From NCBI GenBank assembly GCA_965603225.1, contig CBFDCD010000001.1, positions 1 to 37,029 on the forward strand: 37,029 nucleotides of DNA, given 5' to 3'. Within the stretch, counting starts at the first letter, position 1, and every line of letters starts with the position of its first letter. Below the pieces are notes generated by a model. It was not told where the DNA came from, did not search any database, and saw only the letters and a list, made by a program, of their open reading frames with translations. Source of the stretch: an uncultured bacterium (lineage in GTDB: Bacteria > Desulfobacterota > DSM-4660 > Desulfatiglandales > B25-G16). Below, one piece after another: positions 1 to 6,634 of this stretch. The translations under genes were made by a program, and so were the position numbers.

Positions 1-941
1 ACAATATCATTGAGCCGGCATGACTCATCAATAATTATACTGGAGAGTTTTTTTTGAATGGGATCGGATTCTAATTTCTCCGTCAATAATTCTGCAGTGC
101 TCCTGATAATTCCCAAGGGGTTCTTTATCTCGTGAGAAACTCCGGCAACCATTTCCCCGAGAACAGCTAAACGCTCTGACTGATTTAACTGATCTTCTAA
201 AAGTTTTTGTTCCTCCGCCCTTTTTCTAAGGGTAATTTCCGCCTTTCTTACTACAAGCAGGAGGGAAAGGAAAATAAGAATCATAGTACCAAGAGATGCG
301 CCGAATATTAGATAGCGAAATTTTGATATGGACTCGTATTCCTTAGTGAGATCCTGTATTAATTCAAATACACCCAATATTCCTATATAGGTAAAAGGAG
401 GTTCTGCGTCAAAGGGTATAAAGGTTCTGAGTTTTTTTTCTTTAGCAAAATCTATGAACCATGATTGAAAGATTGATGGCTCACCGGATAATAAACCTGA
501 ACTAAGTTTTCCCTTGAGTGCGGTTTCATATCCCACACCCCCCATATCGGTTAATCCAATCATGTCTTTATCCGTACTATAGGCTATAACACCCTTGTTG
601 ACGTCATATATGTTAACGGTTTCAACATTAAACGAATGAATGGTTGTCCTCACTATCCTGTCCATCAGGTCAAATTGTTCCCTCTCTCTAAGGCTTATGG
701 ATCCATATCTGTATCTAATGGGTATATTAAAATAGTGAAAAACCTGATGATTGAGATTTTTTGCTATGAGAAGTGCGTGGTCTTCATAGGCATTCATTAA
801 AATTTTAGTTGCACGCTGGGATATTACCGTGGAGAGGATAAAACTCGATATAATGAGTATTATAAAGCTTGTGTATGCAAAAAATTTAACAAGCCTAAAT
901 CTGTCTCTATATGGTTGAATCTTTTTTTGGTCATAATACAC
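1..941 (-). CDS. sensor histidine kinase, N-terminal portion (C-terminal part lies beyond the left edge)
   Basis: The minus-strand frame is open from an in-frame stop at 993-995 down to position 1. The translation gives TM1 FFAYTSFIILIISSFILSTVI, a ~170-aa extracytoplasmic region, TM2 YLIFGASLGTMILIFLSLLLVV, a coiled coil, then the HisKA H-box ERLAVLGEMVAGVSHEIKNPLGII. There is no ATG upstream of TM1. A GTG at 939-941 preceded by GAGG is the likely start. Confidence 0.75.
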   Translation of the reverse strand, partial: MYYDQKKIQPYRDRFRLVKFFAYTSFIILIISSFILSTVISQRATKILMNAYEDHALLIAKNLNHQVFHYFNIPIRYRYGSISLREREQFDLMDRIVRTTIHSFNVETVNIYDVNKGVIAYSTDKDMIGLTDMGGVGYETALKGKLSSGLLSGEPSIFQSWFIDFAKEKKLRTFIPFDAEPPFTYIGILGVFELIQDLTKEYESISKFRYLIFGASLGTMILIFLSLLLVVRKAEITLRKRAEEQKLLEDQLNQSERLAVLGEMVAGVSHEIKNPLGIIRSTAELLTEKLESDPIQKKLSSIIIDESCRLNDI

Positions 942-998
942 AACAGATGCAACCTCATTTCTGGGGAGAAATTTTGAATAAGATTGACGGTTTTAGTG

Positions 999-1159
999 CA
1001 GCCATAGAGTCACGAAGACACAAAGACTCTAAAATAATTCATTATTTCTTATGCACAGTAGAATGTAATATCTGTAAATTTCTTTAAGAATTATTATCCA
1101 TTTTCTTATAAGATTTTGAAATTATATCTTTCCTTTGTGACTTAGCGTCTTAATGGCTG
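999..1159. repeat. imperfect inverted-repeat (hairpin) unit related to the GCCACAAAGACAC / GTGTCTTGGTGGC repeat family
   Basis: Arm 999-1026 is cagccatagagtcacgaagacacaaaga. The reverse complement of arm 1132-1159 is cagccattaagacgctaagtcacaaagg. 20 of 28 positions pair, and both ends are perfect. The loop is ~105 nt and AT-rich. The right arm resembles the 26-nt block conserved in copies A and B. Confidence 0.5.
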
Positions 1160-1175
1160 AACTGTTAAGATTGAC

Positions 1176-1472
1176 AAAACCGGAAAAAGTCTTTTACCGG
1201 CGATTTTGGCCTTTTTGGAAACAGCCTTACCCTCCTGTCAGGCTTCTGACCTAACAAGGACAAGCCGGTTGGAATGCACCATGAATTCCGATTCATCGGG
1301 AAACCAAAATTTATTTGCCACAAAGACACCCAGCACTTTAAAAATGAAAAATACAAACAAGAAGTGCCGGGACACAAAAAAATATCTTTTATTTTTTTTT
1401 GGCGCCTTAGTGTCTTGGTGGCTGAAAAATTTTCTGTGCGTTTTGAACACAAATATGTTTTTAAGTGCCTAA
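1176..1472 (+). repeat. intergenic repeat, copy A (twin at 5160-5497)
   Basis: It aligns colinearly with 5160-5497. Identical blocks are ggacaagccggttgga (1258-1273 = 5269-5284), atttgccacaaag (1313-1325 = 5324-5336), tgaaaaatacaaacaagaa, and the 26-nt block ttggcgccttagtgtcttggtggctg (1399-1424 = 5413-5438). Internal arms 1317-1329 gccacaaagacac and 1410-1422 gtgtcttggtggc pair at 12 of 13 positions. Confidence 0.85.
1180..1200 (-). terminator. candidate intrinsic terminator for the iorAB transcript
   Basis: On the minus strand the sequence reads ccggtaaaagactttttccgg followed by ttttgt. The stem pairs at 9 of 10 positions with a small loop, followed by a U-run. It lies ~290 nt downstream of the iorB stop, so repeat copy A would sit in the 3' UTR. 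Confidence 0.4.
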
Positions 1473-1492
1473 GAGATATAGTTTTTTAACCT

Positions 1493-2086
1493 TTATCCTG
1501 CCCTGGCTGCGGCAACTCCGAAATCAAATGCCTGTAAATTTGAATCCAAAAAGGCCTTCTTTGTTGTATTTTCTATTGCCTTCTTTATCGATTCCTCTTC
1601 AAGAGGGGTGGCATTGCATCCAACCAGTGCTCCAAGCATAACCATATTCAGAGATAGAGCATTTCCCGCCTTTTCCGCAAGCTCGTCACCATCAAATGCT
1701 ATAAGGGCAGCAACATTTTTTCTTATTAGATCGAGGCCTTTATCCATATCAGGGTAGACACCCTGTCCTATTGCCACGGTAAAGGGAGGGAGGGGACGAG
1801 TATTGCTGATTATCACTGTATTTTTGTTGCATTTGTGCAGTGCCCTTAAAGTCTCTGATGGTTCAAAACCTATCAAAACATCGGCTTCGCCATTAGAAAC
1901 AATTGGGCTTGTGGCGCCCCCCATGACAACAGCAGACTCAACAATCCCGCCCCTTTGGGCCATTCCATGAATCTCACTGACGACTACAGGTATATCGGCA
2001 GATATGCAGGCCTCTCCCACCAGCCTTGATGCAAGAAGATTACCTTGGCCTCCAACGCCGACAAATACTATTCTTTTTACTTCCAT
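1493..2086 (-). CDS. iorB: indolepyruvate:ferredoxin oxidoreductase subunit beta
   Basis: 197-aa ORF. The N-terminal VFVGVGGQGNLLAS motif and the length are typical of the pyruvate/ketoisovalerate oxidoreductase gamma-type family. It lies directly downstream of iorA on the same strand. Confidence 0.85.
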   Translation of the reverse strand: MEVKRIVFVGVGGQGNLLASRLVGEACISADIPVVVSEIHGMAQRGGIVESAVVMGGATSPIVSNGEADVLIGFEPSETLRALHKCNKNTVIISNTRPLPPFTVAIGQGVYPDMDKGLDLIRKNVAALIAFDGDELAEKAGNALSLNMVMLGALVGCNATPLEEESIKKAIENTTKKAFLDSNLQAFDFGVAAARAG

Positions 2087-2167
2087 ATAAACTCCTTTGA
2101 CAATACAATATTGACAATCATTCCTTAATAATCGCCTTTCATCCTGATTCTATTGAAAGATCATCAC

Positions 2168-4030
2168 CTAAGCCTCTTTCATTGGAAGAATGGCATTCTC
2201 AGGACAAATCTGTGCGCAAACTGCACAGCCAATGCAAAGATTTTGATCTATCATTGTCTTTCCATTATCAATATACATTGCAGGGCATGCCAGATAATTA
2301 ATGCAGTCCATATGGTGTGTGCATTTATCCTGATTTACATAGAATGGTCTCGTCTTTCTGGCCTTTTTAATTGCTTTTGCATACAAGGGACATATCTCCT
2401 TGGATATGATAACGGAGATACCGTCAAAATCCTTTGATGCCTGGGCAGCGGAAATACTCTTTTTAACCTGAAGGGGGTTAACTACCTCAACATGCTCAAC
2501 CCCGCAACCCCTTACTATTGATTCAATGGAAATCTGTTTGGTTTCAACGCCCATAGGGCTTGTGTCTACTCCGGGGTGAGGCTGATGTCCGGTCATGGCG
2601 GTTGTGCCATTATCAAGGATTACCATGGTAAATTTATGGTTATTATGAACGGCATTTATCAATGGGGCGATGCCTGAATGAAAAAATGTAGAGTCCCCTA
2701 TAAAAGCTACAATCTTCTGGTCTGTTGCGGCGGCTATACCGCATGCTGAACCGGCAGAGGCGCCCATACAGATAACAATATCGGCCATCGATAAAGGCGG
2801 CAGCACGCCTAATGTATAGCAGCCAATGTCAGAGGGGTAAATAGTATCCTCTCCGTAAACCTTCTTTATGGCATAATACATGGCCCTGTGAGGACAACCC
2901 GGGCAGAGATTGGGCGGCCTTCCTGGAAGGTCGGGGATATTTTTAATATCTATTTCCTTTGGTGATGTGTCATGTGCCCCGAAATAAGATGCTATTGTTT
3001 TCCGCACAAGGCCTGGATTAAACTCGTATAGTCTTGTGAAAAGTTTTTCACCCTTTCCCTGTATAGATATGCCCAGTCCCTTAGATTGTGCAATTGACCT
3101 GATTTCATTTTCCATTACAGGTTCAAGCTCCTCAACTATAAGCACCTTTTCTACACTATCGAGAAATTTTAGAATTATATCCTCAGGCAAGGGATAAGAA
3201 AAACCAAGCCTCAGGATAGTAACATCATCACCAATCCCTAAATCGTTAACAGCATCCTGAACATAGTTCATGCTCACGCCATTAGTAACAATGCCCCATT
3301 TTCCGTTTCCGTGAATATAATTATACTCAGAGTTCTCCGATAATTTTAAGGCCTGATCATATTTTTCCAGCAGTATCTTGTGCAGGTTCCTTGATACGGC
3401 AGGGATTGTCACGTAATGAAAGGGATCTTTCTTGAAATGGCCCTTTGGCTCTATATTTTTAATCGGCCCAAAGACCACCTTCTCTCTTATATGATTTAAC
3501 CTTGTTGTAGTCCTTAGAATAACCGGCAGTTTTAATGTTTCAGAAAGATCAAATGCGGATATGGTCATTTCCTTCATTTCCTGGGCATTTATAGGCTCTA
3601 ACATAGGCAGTCCGGATAATCTTGAAAAATATCTGTTATCCTGCTCATTCTGACTGGAAAATAAGGATGGGTCATCTGCGTTAATAATAACCATTCCTCC
3701 ATTTACACCAATATAGGCCATGGTCATCAGGGCGTCAGCGGCGACATTCATGCCCACGTGTTTCATGCTGACAATGCTTCTTACGCCTGAAATTGCAGCG
3801 CCGCTAGCCACCTCCAGCGCCACTTTCTCATTTGTCGAGTACTCAAAATAAAAACCACCCTCCTGATAAAGAGAAAAAAATGTGTCCGGTATCTCCGAGG
3901 AAGGCGTTCCAGGATAACATGTAGCAACTGCAATGCCTGCCTCAATAGCGCCTCGCACAATAGCCTCATTTCCTAAAAGCAGCATTTCCTTGCCGGGCGA
4001 ATCTATAAGTAGTTTATGCATATATTCCAC
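2168..4030 (-). CDS. iorA: indolepyruvate:ferredoxin oxidoreductase subunit alpha
   Basis: 620-aa ORF. It has the TPP-binding motif GDSTFFHSG, the CPGCPH motif, and a C-terminal ferredoxin-type CIGCAVCAQICP cluster motif. A GGTGGA RBS precedes the ATG. Confidence 0.9.
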   Translation of the reverse strand: MEYMHKLLIDSPGKEMLLLGNEAIVRGAIEAGIAVATCYPGTPSSEIPDTFFSLYQEGGFYFEYSTNEKVALEVASGAAISGVRSIVSMKHVGMNVAADALMTMAYIGVNGGMVIINADDPSLFSSQNEQDNRYFSRLSGLPMLEPINAQEMKEMTISAFDLSETLKLPVILRTTTRLNHIREKVVFGPIKNIEPKGHFKKDPFHYVTIPAVSRNLHKILLEKYDQALKLSENSEYNYIHGNGKWGIVTNGVSMNYVQDAVNDLGIGDDVTILRLGFSYPLPEDIILKFLDSVEKVLIVEELEPVMENEIRSIAQSKGLGISIQGKGEKLFTRLYEFNPGLVRKTIASYFGAHDTSPKEIDIKNIPDLPGRPPNLCPGCPHRAMYYAIKKVYGEDTIYPSDIGCYTLGVLPPLSMADIVICMGASAGSACGIAAATDQKIVAFIGDSTFFHSGIAPLINAVHNNHKFTMVILDNGTTAMTGHQPHPGVDTSPMGVETKQISIESIVRGCGVEHVEVVNPLQVKKSISAAQASKDFDGISVIISKEICPLYAKAIKKARKTRPFYVNQDKCTHHMDCINYLACPAMYIDNGKTMIDQNLCIGCAVCAQICPENAILPMKEA

Positions 4031-4117
4031 CGTATTTTATTGTTAATAGTTTCTCAGTAATCCGCATAAAAAAAACAACTACCATACCTAAAATGAGTAC
4101 TTTGATTGGTGCCCCAA

Positions 4118-4152
4118 GGGAAATTTAATTTCAATATTGCCACAACGGACAC
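4118..4152 (+). repeat. partial copy of the repeat family inside the iorA upstream leader
   Basis: gggaaatttaatttcaatattgccacaacggacac parallels copy A 1298-1329 gggaaaccaaaatttatttgccacaaagacac. The core ttgccacaaNNgacac is shared. Confidence 0.35.
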
Positions 4153-4355
4153 AGAACAAGTGGTTGCTCTTTTAATTATTTTTTTTACGCGCTTTAAGTC
4201 TGAAATGGAAGGGAAAATTCTTCGTACCAAAAAAAGCGAGCGGTAAAAACAAAAAATCAATCTCTCTATAGCCAAGCTTATATTATCGGCACTACTGAAG
4301 GCTATAACCTTAATTATATGGCATATAAAGAAATAAAATCCTTTACGCCTGCATT

Positions 4356-4405
4356 TATAGCTATATTTTAGCTATTTTATAACTTTTATATGATTATGAA
4401 GTCAA
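4356..4405 (-). promoter_or_regulatory. candidate sigma70-type promoter plus dual ATAGCTA(T) operator upstream of iorAB
   Basis: The minus strand reads TTGACT (4400-4405), a 17-nt spacer, TTATAA (4377-4382), then aATAGCTAaaatATAGCTATa (4356-4375). The two palindromic cores are 11 bp apart. The same architecture occurs at 10158-10202. Confidence 0.5.
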
Positions 4406-4545
4406 GTAAAACTGCAATCAACCTTGAAGATTTTTCTACAGCATACTATTTTGATATAAAGCACATTGTTTTTAAAATTCCAATTTGAACAAGAATTCCC
4501 CATAAAACCGATTAAAAGCAGACCAAGGGTCATGAGTGTTTTGCC

Positions 4546-4573
4546 TTGACATTTTAGAAAATTATATTAAGAT
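4546..4573 (+). promoter_or_regulatory. candidate promoter for the receiver-domain gene
   Basis: TTGACA (4546-4551), a 16-nt spacer, then TAAGAT (4568-4573). This placement favours the ATG at 4620, which has a GGGGGA RBS, over the ATG at 4587. Confidence 0.35.
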
Positions 4574-4619
4574 GCTGCCTTGTTAAATGATAATAGATTA
4601 TAAATTGGGGGACGTGAAA

Positions 4620-5138
4620 ATGGAAGAGCAATTAAAAGGGAAAAAGATTCTGATAGTAGACGATGAACCTGATGTATTGGAAGTACTAAAAGAACAATTG
4701 GAAATGTGTATCATTGATACTGCTCCTAGTTTTGAGGCTGCCAAGAAGTTTCTCGATAAAAACACATACGATGTGGCAATCCTCGATATAATGGGAGTAA
4801 GGGGCTATGAACTCCTGGAAATTGCAAACCAAAAAGGTATCCCTGCTTTAATGCTGACAGCCCATGCGCTTAGTCCGGACAACCTTGTTAAATCCATTAA
4901 AAATGGTGCTCAATCTTATATACCTAAGGAAAAGATGTATGATATCGACACATTTGTTGTTGATATAATTAAGGCAAAAGAAAAAGGTAGCCAAGCTTAT
5001 GCTGCGTGGTTCGCAAGACTAAAACAATTCTTTGACAAGAGATTTGGCCCTAATTGGAAAGAGAAAGACAAGGAATTCTGGCAGGAGTTTGATAAAAAAT
5101 ATATTGCCTCTAAAGAAGAGTTAGGAAATATTATGTAA
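4620..5138 (+). CDS. response regulator receiver protein with a ~60-aa uncharacterised helical C-terminal extension (no recognisable DNA-binding domain)
   Basis: Receiver-domain (REC) motifs are present: ILIVDDEPD, the acceptor region AILDIMG, MLTAH, and YIPKEK. The ORF track starts at 4587, but the ATG at 4620 carries the GGGGGA RBS. Confidence 0.85.
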   Translation: MEEQLKGKKILIVDDEPDVLEVLKEQLEMCIIDTAPSFEAAKKFLDKNTYDVAILDIMGVRGYELLEIANQKGIPALMLTAHALSPDNLVKSIKNGAQSYIPKEKMYDIDTFVVDIIKAKEKGSQAYAAWFARLKQFFDKRFGPNWKEKDKEFWQEFDKKYIASKEELGNIM

Positions 5139-5159
5139 ATAAAAAATGTTTCCCCAGAT

Positions 5160-5497
5160 TAAGATATGATGATTTCGTAAGAAGTCCTTTTTGTTTGCTC
5201 ATGATGACCATTTTGGATTATTGAAATTCCTCGCCAAACGCAAAAAACATGACCTAATATACTAACCTGGACAAGCCGGTTGGAGCGTAGGGGAAATACC
5301 GAATCATCGGGGAACCAAAATTCATTTGCCACAAAGTCACCCAGCACCTTCAAAGTGAAAAATACAAACAAGAAAGTACTGGGATATAAAGGAAATATCT
5401 TTCATGTATTTCTTGGCGCCTTAGTGTCTTGGTGGCTGTAAAAATTTTCTGCCCGTTTTGAGCGCAAGTATATTTTTAAGGCACTAATGAAATCATC
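5160..5497 (+). repeat. intergenic repeat, copy B (twin at 1176-1472)
   Basis: See copy A for the shared blocks. By eye, identity is roughly 80 percent over the ~230-bp core 5250-5495. The 5' end carries the motif gatgatttcgtaagaagtcc (5168-5187), which is also seen at 35527-35547. Confidence 0.85.
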
Positions 5498-5536
5498 TTT
5501 ATCAGAAAAATCCATCTTAAGCTTGAAAGAATAATA

Positions 5537-6610
5537 ATGGTTGCCTTTGGGCATATATTGAATAACCATGATGTATCCATTCCTATAAAGATATATGGTT
5601 TTCTCCTATTGATATTCTATGTGGTGCCTATAGGAAATTTTTGTTGCTTTGGTGAGGTTTATGCCCAGGAGCGCGGAAATATTTCTATGGGATTTTCGAA
5701 AACCCGAATATTTAAAAAAATACCTGAAGCAGAACATATTTTTTTGCCTCCTTACAAAGGTATTACGGCGTCAAAACCAAAAAAGAACAACATTATTTGG
5801 GCCTTAAGGTGCAGTTGGTTCGGACAAAAGATTGGCGCATGCAATATTGTGCCTGCTGAGTCAGCCGTCCTAAGGTCCCTTGGTCATGCCAGAGCTAAAT
5901 CCCTTAACCCCAATGCTATCAAGGTTCTAATATGGAACATTTATAAGGGAAGGGAGGCTGGATGGGACGTTGACATGAAGCTTATTGGAGCCGATGTCGA
6001 CCTCATTATGCTTCAGGAGTTTTTTCTCGATGGGAAAAGCATTCAAACCTTTGAATGGTTTAAGGAAATCGAATGGTTATTTGCCACGAGTTACCTTCGA
6101 GGAAGGGATTCTATTCCGACGGGGGTCGTGACAGGCGCCAATGCATCCTCCATAAACGCTGAGCCTTTGCGGAGCCCGAAGCGAGAAATCTTTGGGCCGT
6201 CCGGCCCTCGCATCATTCAAACCCCTAAAATGGCTCTTATCACAATGTACCAACTTTATGGAAGCTCATTACCAATTGCAGTAGTGAACGTCCACGGGAT
6301 AAATTATCGAGAAACCCATGCCTTTGAGCTTCAAATGAAGCAACTCGAAAGGTCTTTTGCATCTCACAAGGGCCCTATAATTGTAGCCGGAGATTTTAAT
6401 ACTTGGTGGCACAAAAGATTAGTAATTCTTCAAGACATCATGAGGCGAAACAACCTTATCCAACTTGAACTGGATAACGACAAACGCACCTGAGTCCTTG
6501 ACCACGTATTCACCCGGGGAATTCAAATAAAAGAAGCGCGGCTTCTTAGTGAATATAGGTCATCGGACCACAAGCCGATCTACGTAAGTTTCCATGTTTC
6601 TATTGATTAG
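5537..6610 (+). pseudogene. YafD/UPF0294-like endonuclease/exonuclease/phosphatase (EEP) family gene interrupted by one in-frame TGA (6491-6493)
   Basis: EEP motifs appear in order: KVLIWNIYKG, DLIMLQEF, VVNVHGINY, IVAGDFNTW. After the TGA, the same frame continues VLDHVFTRG...SSDHKPIYVSF to a TAG at 6608-6610. The catalytic C-terminal SDH motif therefore lies downstream of the stop. The true N-terminal start is uncertain. Confidence 0.65.
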
Positions 6611-6634
6611 TCGATTTGAGGAGCAGTTGCAATT

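Noticed and set aside
1399-1424. Sigma-54 promoter (TGGCGCC...TTGG) within the conserved 26-mer of the repeat.
   Set aside because: The GG-N10-GC spacing and the -12 TTGC element are not satisfied.
1165-1489. Four overlapping ORFs of 70-95 aa on both strands (1165-1452, 1206-1472, 1238-1450, 1274-1489) and the similar ORF at 5159-5371.
   Set aside because: They lie entirely within the two copies of the intergenic repeat and overlap one another in different frames. They have no RBS and a low-complexity composition. The peptide similarity between them (VANKFWFPDESEF and VANEFWFPDDSVF) simply reflects the nucleotide repeat.
2153-2437. Antisense or alternate-frame ORFs inside well-supported genes, for example 2153-2437, 3781-3969, 7251-7688, 8566-9888, 12990-13448, 14638-14940, 15661-16059, 18727-19210, 23422-23772, 29686-30326, 31959-32306 and 36456-37003.
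   Set aside because: Each is fully embedded in a longer ORF with clear family motifs on the other strand or frame. None has a recognisable motif.
4054-4275. 73-aa ORF on the minus strand upstream of iorA.
   Set aside because: It has no RBS and a basic, low-complexity sequence. It sits inside the AT-rich putative iorA leader and contains a repeat fragment. It is most likely not coding.
5225-5250. Resemblance of cgccaaacgcaaaaaac in copy B to the ACGCAAAGC element of the c-di-GMP-I riboswitch.
   Set aside because: Only a 7-nt match is present. The GGCAAACC partner element and the paired stems are absent, and copy A lacks the match entirely.
6494-6544. Possible SECIS element downstream of the in-frame TGA of the EEP gene.
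   Set aside because: I can draw only short, weak hairpins. None has the usual size, spacing or apical loop of bacterial SECIS elements, and the TGA aligns to a non-conserved linker. Selenocysteine is kept only as a low-probability alternative in the finding.
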